This document shows, piece by piece, positions 55,958 through 64,000 of a stretch of 64,000 nucleotides of DNA. How positions within the stretch are numbered: position 1 is the first letter of the stretch; every line of letters begins with the position of its first letter. Position numbers and translations under genes: made by a program. Below the pieces are notes generated by a model, which was not told where the DNA came from, made no database searches, and saw nothing but the letters and a program-made list of their open reading frames with translations. Source of the DNA: an uncultured bacterium (GTDB lineage: Bacteria > CSSED10-310 > CAZUFC01); NCBI GenBank assembly GCA_964619725.1, contig CAZUFC010000021.1:1-64000 (forward strand), read 5' to 3'.

Positions 55958-56655
55958 CTCAGTATGCCGTGATAGGGTTAGGCGCTTTCGGAATGAGCGT
56001 GGCGGTCAGTCTGGCCAAGGAGCGCTGCCAGGTGCTCGGCATCGATATGAATGAAGAGAAGGTGAATGCCGTCGAAGATGCTTTGACTCAGGCCGTCCAG
56101 CTTGATGCCACCAATGCCAAGGCTTTAAAGGAAGTGGGACTGGCCATGTTCGATTACGCTGTGGTCGGCGTAGGCACAAACCTGGAAGCTTCCATTATGG
56201 CGACTCTGAATCTCAAGGAATTAGGCGTTAATCACGTCATCAGCAAGGCGACTTCGGAACATCACGGTAAAATTCTGGAAAGAGTGGGCGCAGATCGCGT
56301 GGTCTATCCGGAAAGAGATATGGGAAGACGCATTGCGCAGACACTCGCTTCGCCTACCATTTTCGATCATATACAACTCTCCAAAGAATACAGCATCGAA
56401 GAGGTCATCCCGCCGCCTCAATTTTTATCCAAAACTCTAAGGGACCTCGATTTGAGAGCTCGCTTCGGCATCAACGTCATCGGAATCAGGCATGAACCCT
56501 CCAAGGGGCTTTCCAAAACTTTTTCAAAAGGCGAAATCAACATCGCTCCGATGGCCGACGAGAGGATTGAAGCGGGCGACAAGCTGCTTGTCATCGGCAG
56601 GAACGTCAATTTTCAGGAGTTCGATAAAGAATTAAAGAGGCTGAAAAGCGCCTGA
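55954..56655 (+). CDS. ktrA: TrkA/KtrA-family RCK potassium uptake regulatory subunit
   Basis: YAVIGLGAFG, LKELGV..KA..HGKIL..GADRVVYPERDMG, TrkA_C. Confidence 0.9.
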   Translation: MTQYAVIGLGAFGMSVAVSLAKERCQVLGIDMNEEKVNAVEDALTQAVQLDATNAKALKEVGLAMFDYAVVGVGTNLEASIMATLNLKELGVNHVISKATSEHHGKILERVGADRVVYPERDMGRRIAQTLASPTIFDHIQLSKEYSIEEVIPPPQFLSKTLRDLDLRARFGINVIGIRHEPSKGLSKTFSKGEINIAPMADERIEAGDKLLVIGRNVNFQEFDKELKRLKSA

Positions 56656-56804
56656 GCAAGCTGAGCGATCGACGAAATTAATCATTTCCGGAAAAATTTT
56701 ACTTATTGCAAAGCTTGCATTATTATGAAAAAGGAAGCGTGGGAAACGCTTGAAGACATGAGTTTCTTTCACATGTTGTTTGATATTGACAGTGAGGTCG
56801 AAAC

Positions 56805-57083
56805 GTGGCGATAGAGAGTTTAAAAACATTAAAAGAGAAAGTGATCGAATTGGTCGAGCGCCATAAAGAGCTTCAAATGGAAAACGAAAAATTGAAAACC
56901 GACATTGAAGAATTGTCTGAAACGAAGAATAAACAGGATGAATTGTTGAAGAAATTTGAATCTGATAATGAAGAGCTCGAACGATTTCGGGAGAAAGAAG
57001 AGGAATGGCGGAAAGAAAGGGAGGAATTGAGGCAAAACATTGAGGAAATGTTGGAGGATTTGAATAGATCAGGTTTATTCTGA
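56805..57083 (+). CDS. zapB: Coiled-coil cell division protein, ZapB-like
   Basis: All-coiled-coil 92 aa directly upstream of zapA; GAGGT RBS, GTG start. Confidence 0.7.
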   Translation: MAIESLKTLKEKVIELVERHKELQMENEKLKTDIEELSETKNKQDELLKKFESDNEELERFREKEEEWRKEREELRQNIEEMLEDLNRSGLF

Positions 57084-57093
57084 GGTTAAAAAG

Positions 57094-57423
57094 ATGAGCA
57101 TGAACGGAGACAAAGCGGAAGTGGAAATATTCGGAAAGCGGTATATGCTTACGGGAGAAGGAATGGATCAGTTGAAAGTAGCGGCTGCGCTTGTTGATGA
57201 CAGATTGAAGAAGACGTCTCAGATTCTGAAAAACAAACCCAGAGAAGACCTGGCGGTACTGGTTGCCCTTAACCTGGCAAGCGAGATGCTTGAATTGGAA
57301 AGGGAGACGAAAAGAACAGAGAATTTTATTGAGGATACGAGTTCAGATTTAATACAATTGATAGAGGACGGAACCGGGTCAAGAATCCGCGATTCCAAAC
57401 CGTTGGATAATGGCGGCGGATAA
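57094..57423 (+). CDS. zapA: Cell division protein ZapA
   Basis: VEIFGKRY.L..AALVD..LAVLVALNLA.E; context upstream of 6S RNA. Confidence 0.9.
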   Translation: MSMNGDKAEVEIFGKRYMLTGEGMDQLKVAAALVDDRLKKTSQILKNKPREDLAVLVALNLASEMLELERETKRTENFIEDTSSDLIQLIEDGTGSRIRDSKPLDNGGG

Positions 57424-57497
57424 ACTGAAAATTTTTTATAAACGTATTTCATCACCGTTTCTGCTTGACGGAAGATGAAAGTGAGAATGACTTGAAG

Positions 57498-57676
57498 ATT
57501 CCCCTGCTGAGTTCGTGATGAGCTGGAAAATATTGAGCCAACACTTAATAAAAGGGAGCTTGAGTTTGAAAACAGCGGACATGCCTCTTTCGGGAGGACT
57601 TCCAAAATTTTCAACAGGGCGCCCACCTGGTTTTCCAGGTTCAATGACTCCGTTCACACGGCTCAAGCGGGGGATT
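57498..57676 (+). ncRNA. ssrS: 6S RNA
   Basis: About 180 nt rod: 5' TCCCCTGCTGAG pairs with 3' CTCAAGCGGGGGA; TTGAGCC, GGGAGC/GCGCCCACCTGG..GGTTCAA motifs; canonical zapA-6S-rny position. Confidence 0.88.
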
Positions 57677-57924
57677 TATTCTATCTTATATTCGCTTTTT
57701 CCTTTGACGGAAAGCTGAGACTCTTCATTTTTTTCTCATAGACTGGTCGAAGATACTTAAGTAAATCCGCCTCCCAAAGTTGTCTGGACGATGATAATGA
57801 CCGCAGTTAATTCAAGAGGTTGGATTCATAGTTGTATATTTTTTATTTCATCAAGCAAAGAAAGAATAATAACTGGAAGGCCGGAGGAATCGGAATTATT
57901 CCAACTCTAAGGAGGTGACTTCAG

Positions 57925-59487
57925 TTGAATTATGTCTTACCGTCGATAGTGTTCATAGTAGTTACAGCGGTAAGTTTTCTATTAGGACAGGTGATAAGCC
58001 GCAGGAAGACTTCGAAAATAATCGATAAAACTGAGGAGGAGCGCGGCAAAATACTGTCCAGGGCTGAGCATAAAGCTGAAACTATGATTAAAGAAGCCAA
58101 ATTGGAAGCAAAAGAGAAGTTTTTCACGATGAAGTCAGATTTTGAGAAGCAGACGAAGGATCGTCGTGAGGAGCTTCAGGCGATGGAGAAGCGATTTCAT
58201 CAGAAGGAAGAGAACATAGATCGCAAATTATGTCTTCTGGAGCAGAAGGATCATAACTTACACAAGAGAAAAAATGATCTGGATCGCCGGCAGCGCAAGC
58301 TGGAGAACAAGGAGAAAGAGGTAGATCGGATATTGAAGGAGCATCAGACGACGCTTGAGCGGATAAGCAGTTTAACGGCTCAGGATGCCAAGAAGATGTT
58401 GATGGATTCCATGGAAGAGGAAGCCCGGAGGGATGTGGCGGTATCGATCAAGCGCATAATTGACCGAGCGTCAGACGAATCGGATAAAAAGGCGAAAGAG
58501 ATAATCAGCCAGGCGATTCAGAGGTGTGCATCGGAGCATGTTGTAGAGACGACGGTTTCGGTGGTTGATTTGCCGAACGACGAGATGAAGGGCCGGATAA
58601 TCGGCCGAGAAGGACGCAACATAAGGGCATTGGAAATAGCGACAGGTATTGATCTTATCATTGACGACACTCCCGAAGCGGTTATCCTTTCGGGTTTTGA
58701 TGCTATAAGAAGGGAGATAGCGGCTATATCCTTGAGGCGCCTGGTTGCGGACGGACGCATTCATCCTGCGCGGATCGAAGAGATCGTCAAGAAGGTTGAA
58801 AAGGAGATGGAGTCGAACATAAAGGAATTAGGCGAGCAGGCCGTTTTTGAAGTCGGAATACAGGGTCTGCATCCTGATGCGGTGAAGCTGCTGGGGCGAC
58901 TGCGGTACCGGACCAGTTACGCGCAAAATGTTCTGCATCATTCCATCGAAGTCGCTTTTTTATCGGGCATAATGGCTGACGAACTGGGAGTGGATTCTCC
59001 CGTGGCGAGGCGAGCGGGTTTGCTTCATGATATCGGAAAAGCCATGGACCACGAAGTTGAGGGTTCGCATGCCAAGATCGGGGCTGATCTGGCCAGAAAA
59101 TTCAATGAATCTCCGGCAGTTATCGAGGCGATAGCGTGTCATCACGGAGAAAAACAGCCGCATTCCATCGAAGCGGTGCTGGTGCAGGCCGCTGATGCGC
59201 TTTCAGCAGCGCGTCCCGGGGCTCGACGTGAGATACTTGAGACTTACATCAAGCGGCTTGAAAAGTTGGAGTCTCTGGCGGATTCGTTCAAAGGGGTCGA
59301 TAAGTCCTATGCCATTCAAGCGGGGAGAGAAATCAGGATCATCGTCAAACCGGATGAAATAAACGACCCCGAAATGTCTGTATTGGCCAAGGACATAGCG
59401 AACAAGATTGAAGACGACCTGGAATATCCTGGAGAAGTTCGCGTTACCTGCATAAGGGAAACCAGGACGGTTGAATATGCAAAATGA
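57925..59487 (+). CDS. rny: Ribonuclease Y
   Basis: N-terminal TM, coiled coil, KH ([13 protein letters not shown]), HD (LLHDIGK); TTG start after AAGGAGGT. Confidence 0.97.
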   Translation: MNYVLPSIVFIVVTAVSFLLGQVISRRKTSKIIDKTEEERGKILSRAEHKAETMIKEAKLEAKEKFFTMKSDFEKQTKDRREELQAMEKRFHQKEENIDRKLCLLEQKDHNLHKRKNDLDRRQRKLENKEKEVDRILKEHQTTLERISSLTAQDAKKMLMDSMEEEARRDVAVSIKRIIDRASDESDKKAKEIISQAIQRCASEHVVETTVSVVDLPNDEMKGRIIGREGRNIRALEIATGIDLIIDDTPEAVILSGFDAIRREIAAISLRRLVADGRIHPARIEEIVKKVEKEMESNIKELGEQAVFEVGIQGLHPDAVKLLGRLRYRTSYAQNVLHHSIEVAFLSGIMADELGVDSPVARRAGLLHDIGKAMDHEVEGSHAKIGADLARKFNESPAVIEAIACHHGEKQPHSIEAVLVQAADALSAARPGARREILETYIKRLEKLESLADSFKGVDKSYAIQAGREIRIIVKPDEINDPEMSVLAKDIANKIEDDLEYPGEVRVTCIRETRTVEYAK

Positions 59488-59725
59488 TTCCTCGAAAAAG
59501 ACAGACAAGGAGGACATAAGCAGGTTAAGGTTTGAACTGGAAACTTGCGCCAGGGAATTGGAAGCGGAGGATTTATCTCTGGAAAAGGGAATAGAGATTT
59601 ACCGGCGTGGAATGACGGTGTTCGGAAAACTCAAGAGCATACTATCCCGGGATGACGGAAAAATTTACCTGGAAAAGATCGATCCCGACGGCGCCTGGAC
59701 CTCGGAATCTTTCGATGCCGTTTAG
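59477..59725 (+). CDS. xseB: Exodeoxyribonuclease VII small subunit
   Basis: LE...[20 protein letters not shown] pattern; overlaps the rny stop. Confidence 0.75.
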   Translation: MQNDSSKKTDKEDISRLRFELETCARELEAEDLSLEKGIEIYRRGMTVFGKLKSILSRDDGKIYLEKIDPDGAWTSESFDAV

Positions 59726-59764
59726 ACTCAGCGACGAAAAACGACAGCGTATTTTGGGAGCGGA

Positions 59765-60613
59765 ATGATGGGCCTGGACTTGATCAAACCATGCTTGTAC
59801 GTCGTGGGAACCCCTATCGGGAATCTGGGTGACATGACGCCCAGGGCGATTGAGGCGCTTAAGCTGGTGGATTGCGTGGCGGCCGAGGATACGCGAAGAA
59901 CGAGAAAGTTATTCTCAAAATTCAACATTCATTCGAAAATTATCGCTTATCACGACCATAATAAAACAAAGTGCGCCGGCGCTATCATCAGGATGCTGAA
60001 AAAAGGCGATAATGCGGCCCTCGTAACGGACAGCGGAACCCCCAATATTTCCGATCCGGGTTTCCATATCATCCGGGAAGCCTGCGCGGAAAATATAGAG
60101 GTTAGGCCGATTCCGGGAGTATCGGCTTTGACTGCGGCCTTGAGCGTCAGTCATGTTCCTGTTGACCGATTTATCTTTGAAGGTTTTCTTCCCAGAACGC
60201 GCGGCAAAAGAATGAAACGGCTTGCTCAATTGGCGACTCAGGGCCTTACCGCGGTCTTCTTTGAAGCTCCTCATCGACTGGAGGCGTTTCTGGATGATTT
60301 GACGGAGGCGTTTAACGATCGTGAGGCGATTATTGCCGGCGAGTTGACCAAGATGCATGAGAAGTTTTACCGGGGACGGTTGAGCGGAGCGAGGAAGCAT
60401 CTGAAGGATGTTCCGCCGCAAGGTGAATACGTCGTCATCGTGGAAGGAGGAAAAAAGAGGGAGGAAAGGGAAATCCCCGAGGAAAACCTGATAGAGGAAG
60501 CGAATATGCTTATTCAGAATTACAGGTTGAACATTAAAGAGGCTTGTGGTTTAATAGCGAAACGTTACGGCTTGCGAACCGGAGACGTTTATCGCATTTA
60601 TGTGAAACAATGA
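59765..60613 (+). CDS. rsmI: 16S rRNA C1402 2'-O-methyltransferase
   Basis: LYVVGTPIGNLGD, AEDTR, DSGTPNISDPG, FEAPHR, ELTKMHE. Confidence 0.95.
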   Translation: MMGLDLIKPCLYVVGTPIGNLGDMTPRAIEALKLVDCVAAEDTRRTRKLFSKFNIHSKIIAYHDHNKTKCAGAIIRMLKKGDNAALVTDSGTPNISDPGFHIIREACAENIEVRPIPGVSALTAALSVSHVPVDRFIFEGFLPRTRGKRMKRLAQLATQGLTAVFFEAPHRLEAFLDDLTEAFNDREAIIAGELTKMHEKFYRGRLSGARKHLKDVPPQGEYVVIVEGGKKREEREIPEENLIEEANMLIQNYRLNIKEACGLIAKRYGLRTGDVYRIYVKQ

Positions 60614-60633
60614 GAGGAAAAGAGTAAAAATAC

Positions 60634-60730
60634 GGAAGCGGAAGAGTCCTGGTGGGCTCTCTGGACTTCAAATCCAGTAACGGGCTCTAGAAAAGTCCGT
60701 GGTGGGTTCGATTCCCACACGCTTCCGCCA
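60634..60730 (+). tRNA. selC: tRNA-Sec(TCA)
   Basis: Anticodon arm CTGGA-CTTCAAA-TCCAG, long D stem, long variable arm ACGGGCT..AGTCCGT, T arm GTGGG-TTCGATT-CCCAC, ends GCCA; 97 nt. Confidence 0.93.
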
Positions 60731-60748
60731 TTTTTTCAGGCTTATTAA

Positions 60749-62269
60749 ATGAATGCTTCCGAAAATCTTTTGCCTTTCAAATGGCTGAATCCTCAATACA
60801 AAAATAGAGAATGCATCATCAGCGATTCCCTGGACGAACAAACCTCTCTTAAATCGAAAAATTATACCTATGGAGAACTCAAAAACAATATCCTTTCCTG
60901 CGCCTCCTATTTCAAAAGCCTGGATTTCCGGGATCGTGAAAAGATTCCCATAGTCCTGAAGGATCGTTTCCAGTTTATGGCTGTATTTTTCGCCCTGTTG
61001 CAGAACGGCGCATTGCCCGTATTGCTCGATCCTGCAGGAAAATCGGAACTGGATTCCGTCCTCCGTGCGGTGGAGCCTCGCTATGTCATAGCGGATTCGA
61101 CCAATCGGCAAATTTTTGAGGAATCAGCAGGAAATTTCGATTTTCGTATTATAGACCCCGATGATATCGGGATAAAAGAGGGGGGAGGATTTCATTTAAG
61201 CGGGACCTATGAGGCCGACGAGCCGATGTGCGTGCTTTTTACTTCCGGTTCCACGGGTGAGCAGAGCGGCATCGTCAAGACATACGGCAATATTATTTCG
61301 GAACTGGAGGTGTTGATTCGAATATTGAAGATCAGCGACCGGCATATCTTCCTGGGTCTGGTTCCATGGCACCATATTTACGGACTCTTGTTCACTGTTT
61401 TTTTACCTTTGCGGGTCGGCGGGGCCGTCCATTCGAAAACGCCTTTGTTGCCGCAGGAAATCATATCCGCGTTGCGAAAACGGAGAGATTTTCCGACAAT
61501 CCTGGTGGGAGTCCCGGTTCACTATGCGGCTTTAAGCAGGCTGGGGAACAAGGGGAAGGTGAGCGACTTCAGCCAATTGTCCCCCATCAGTTCCGGAGCT
61601 GCTCTGTCTAATGATATATTCCGGGATTTCTTTGTAACATACGGAAGGGGAGTACTGGAGATATACGGTTCAACGGAAACAGGCGGAATCGCCTGGCGGA
61701 TTCAGGATGATGAAGCGGGTGAAATGACGTCATGGTCCGCTTTCCCTTATACGGAGTGGAAAATTAAGTCCGGAGGCGCCGAAGGTTCCTTGATCGTTCG
61801 TTCTCCGGCCGTTTCTCATGCGCAGCTCATCCGCAACCATACCGTCAGAATAGTTTCAGACGACGGATGGTTCATCATGGGAGATATAATACGGCGCAAC
61901 GACAAGGATGAATCGCGTTTCATTTTTCTGGGTCGCGATCTGCAGATCATGAAGGTCGGGGGCAGGAGGATATCGGCCCGGGAGATCGAACAGGTGATAC
62001 TTCAAATCGATTGGGTGAAGGATTGCGCTGTCGTTGCCGAGTGTCTGGGCGGAAGCGCGGGAACAGAGCTGTTCGCCGTCATTCAAAAAAGCCGGCAGGT
62101 TGATGACGTCTCTCTGAAAACAAGGATACGTGCCTATTGCAAAGAAAAACTGGCGCAATACAAGGTACCCAAGAGAATAGCCGTCATGGAACGCATTCCC
62201 CGGAATCGAAACGGTAAAATAATTTACCCGGAAATAAAAAAATCGTTGTCTTCAGTGTGGAAAAGCTGA
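60749..62269 (+). CDS. AMP-dependent acyl-CoA/acyl-ACP ligase, aryl-polyene/xanthomonadin type
   Basis: FTSGSTG, HHIYGLLF, EIYGSTETGGIAWR, MGD..GR..KVGG, PRNRNGK. Confidence 0.88.
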   Translation: MNASENLLPFKWLNPQYKNRECIISDSLDEQTSLKSKNYTYGELKNNILSCASYFKSLDFRDREKIPIVLKDRFQFMAVFFALLQNGALPVLLDPAGKSELDSVLRAVEPRYVIADSTNRQIFEESAGNFDFRIIDPDDIGIKEGGGFHLSGTYEADEPMCVLFTSGSTGEQSGIVKTYGNIISELEVLIRILKISDRHIFLGLVPWHHIYGLLFTVFLPLRVGGAVHSKTPLLPQEIISALRKRRDFPTILVGVPVHYAALSRLGNKGKVSDFSQLSPISSGAALSNDIFRDFFVTYGRGVLEIYGSTETGGIAWRIQDDEAGEMTSWSAFPYTEWKIKSGGAEGSLIVRSPAVSHAQLIRNHTVRIVSDDGWFIMGDIIRRNDKDESRFIFLGRDLQIMKVGGRRISAREIEQVILQIDWVKDCAVVAECLGGSAGTELFAVIQKSRQVDDVSLKTRIRAYCKEKLAQYKVPKRIAVMERIPRNRNGKIIYPEIKKSLSSVWKS

Positions 62270-63828
62270 TCTTTCAGTTTTTCCATATCTTCGTCCAACG
62301 GTCTGTCTTTATCCAGGAACGGGACTGTAGAACGTATTTTTTCAAAGAATTTCGTCGATTCCGCTGATAAAAGCCGCCTGTTCCTTAATTCTGTAGCCTG
62401 ACAGCTTATCATGGCGTGAATCGAGGCTGTTTTTCTGCAAAGTTCCAGTATGGCGGCGGCTTCTCTTGCCGCAATAGTGCCCATGCTGACTTTATCCTGG
62501 TTATGGCATTCCGTGGAACGGGAAAAAGCGGAAATGGGCGCGGCCGTTTTCAACGCTTCGGCGGCAAGCGCTGATGCAGTAATCTGCAGCCCCTTGAAAC
62601 CGTGATGAGAAAAATCTGTGGATCCTTGCTCATGCGAAGGAATGAGATTATGGGGGAGGCCCCTGTTGAATCGAGAATCAACGAGCAGCGCTATCTGGCG
62701 GTCGAGGAGGTCCGCTACGTTGGCCAAGGCTGGTTTAAGGCTGTCCATGGCCTGAGCGATATGACCGCCGTAAAAGTTGCCTCCATTGTATATTTTCTCT
62801 TGAAGCGGATCGATGATGGGATTGTCGTTGACAGAATTGATTTCTGTCGTGGTAATGCGGTCCGTCCATTCGAGCACATCGCGCAGAACGCCGATGACCT
62901 GAGGCGCGCATCGAACGGAATAGGGGTCCTGCAATTGAACGTCGCATTTGTTTTGTTTGCTTTCGCTTTTCAGGCGCTGAATCAGTTCATCCTGGTTAAG
63001 AGCCAGTCTGCTGCCTTTCAGATAAGAAAATATGTTACGGGCTGAGATTATCTGGCCGGGATGAGATTTAAGTTCGTGAATTCTGGGCTCAAAAGGAATT
63101 TTACTGCCGTAAAGGGCTTCAATGCACAGGGCCGTCGAACGTTCAGCAATTTCCGCCAGTCTCCGGGAATCATAAACGGCCAGGGTCGCGAGCGCTGTCA
63201 TGACGGATGTCCCGTTTATCAGTGCCAGGCCTTCCTTGGGTTCCAGAACAACAGGTTCAAGGTTCGCTGCTTGCAGTGCAATTGCCGCATCGGTCACACC
63301 GGTTTCGGCATATACACGGCCTGTGCCGGTCAAAGCCGCTGCAATGTAAGCCAAAGGCGTCAAATCGCCGCTCGCTCCCACCGAACCCTGGGAAGGAATA
63401 ACAGGGATTATCCGATTGTTGATCAGGTCCTTCAGCGCTTTCAGCAATAGGTAGCGAATGCCCGAATATCCCTGACTGTTTGAATTCAGACGGATAAGCA
63501 TGGTCGAAATGACTGCCTCCTCTGGAAATGGTGGTCCCGTGCCGCAAAGATGATATTTAATTAAGTTGCTCTGCAGATTCCTCATGTCTGTCTGACTTAC
63601 GTTAAAACGGCATGAATCCCCGAAACCCGTGGATACTCCGTATACCGGAACTCCGGCTTCAAGGCTCCGCATTAAAAAGCGATGACCGCTGTTGATGAAA
63701 TCGACATACTCTTGCGTTTCGCGTAGCTCTACCTGGTAACCGCTGCGAGCGACGCTCACCACCTGGTCGAGCGTCAAACGAGAAGAGTCCAGAAACAGTT
63801 TTTTACGTGAGTGATCCAAAACGCCCAT
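62224..63828 (-). CDS. MIO-dependent aromatic amino acid ammonia-lyase (HAL/PAL/TAL family)
   Basis: YGVSTGFGDSC, SVGASGDL (MIO), KEGLALINGT, QDPYSVRC, DNP, GGNF, STECHNQDKVSMG. Confidence 0.93.
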   Translation of the reverse strand: MGVLDHSRKKLFLDSSRLTLDQVVSVARSGYQVELRETQEYVDFINSGHRFLMRSLEAGVPVYGVSTGFGDSCRFNVSQTDMRNLQSNLIKYHLCGTGPPFPEEAVISTMLIRLNSNSQGYSGIRYLLLKALKDLINNRIIPVIPSQGSVGASGDLTPLAYIAAALTGTGRVYAETGVTDAAIALQAANLEPVVLEPKEGLALINGTSVMTALATLAVYDSRRLAEIAERSTALCIEALYGSKIPFEPRIHELKSHPGQIISARNIFSYLKGSRLALNQDELIQRLKSESKQNKCDVQLQDPYSVRCAPQVIGVLRDVLEWTDRITTTEINSVNDNPIIDPLQEKIYNGGNFYGGHIAQAMDSLKPALANVADLLDRQIALLVDSRFNRGLPHNLIPSHEQGSTDFSHHGFKGLQITASALAAEALKTAAPISAFSRSTECHNQDKVSMGTIAAREAAAILELCRKTASIHAMISCQATELRNRRLLSAESTKFFEKIRSTVPFLDKDRPLDEDMEKLKDQLFHTEDNDFFISG

Positions 63829-64000
63829 TTAATCTCATCCCGTCCTTCCGACGCTGAAAATGCGCTGTAATTTGTCCGGTCAGGAAAACGACAAGGCCCT
63901 TGATTGCACTTCACATACAATCAAAATCGTTTACCGGCTTTCATATATCACTCAATCCGAAACGATGCAACCTGGACCGCAAGTCTCAAATTCCAGGCGG

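Noticed and set aside
57436-57718. Short ORFs on both strands between zapA and rny
   Set aside because: They overlap the 6S RNA.
60700-60730. Genomic island attachment site at selC
   Set aside because: No integrase and no duplicate of the tRNA 3' end noticed within the window.
60668-61111. 147-aa minus-strand ORF
   Set aside because: Antisense to tRNA-Sec and the ligase gene.

Overview
Bacterial chromosomal segment, probably from a diderm anaerobe (FadL porin, LpxL-type acyltransferase, rubrerythrin, tRNA-Sec); taxonomy cannot be fixed from sequence alone. About 50 CDS. The left three quarters are accessory, regulatory and envelope genes: two ECF sigma/anti-sigma pairs, two orphan histidine kinases, a MalT/BTAD regulator, secreted multidomain proteins, EF-G2, Sir2, LarA, a DHH-hypothetical-Clp1 operon, glycosyltransferases, SGNH hydrolases, a split radical SAM/SPASM pair and a lone GvpL/F. 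The right end is a housekeeping block (tRNA-Val, infC-rpmI-rplT-ktrA, zapB-zapA-6S RNA-rny-xseB-rsmI, tRNA-Sec), followed by an aryl-polyene-type AMP ligase and MIO ammonia-lyase. No CRISPR array, integrase or intact transposase was seen. Best candidates for undescribed biology: (1) an operon of ECF sigma, a soluble zinc anti-sigma fused to an excisionase-like HTH, and a soluble GspF-domain/GspE-ATPase fusion; (2) a DHH phosphoesterase + small Sm-like protein + archaeal-type Clp1 kinase operon; (3) a RelA zinc-finger/RIS domain fused to DUF2250, behind a perfect hairpin; (4) a lectin-repeat surface protein whose clan CD protease is inserted inside an Ig/BACON domain; (5) sawtooth strand-composition switches at intergenic sites; (6) a dispersed 71-bp repeat linked to hexamer arrays. 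All domain calls are motif recognition by eye, not database searches.
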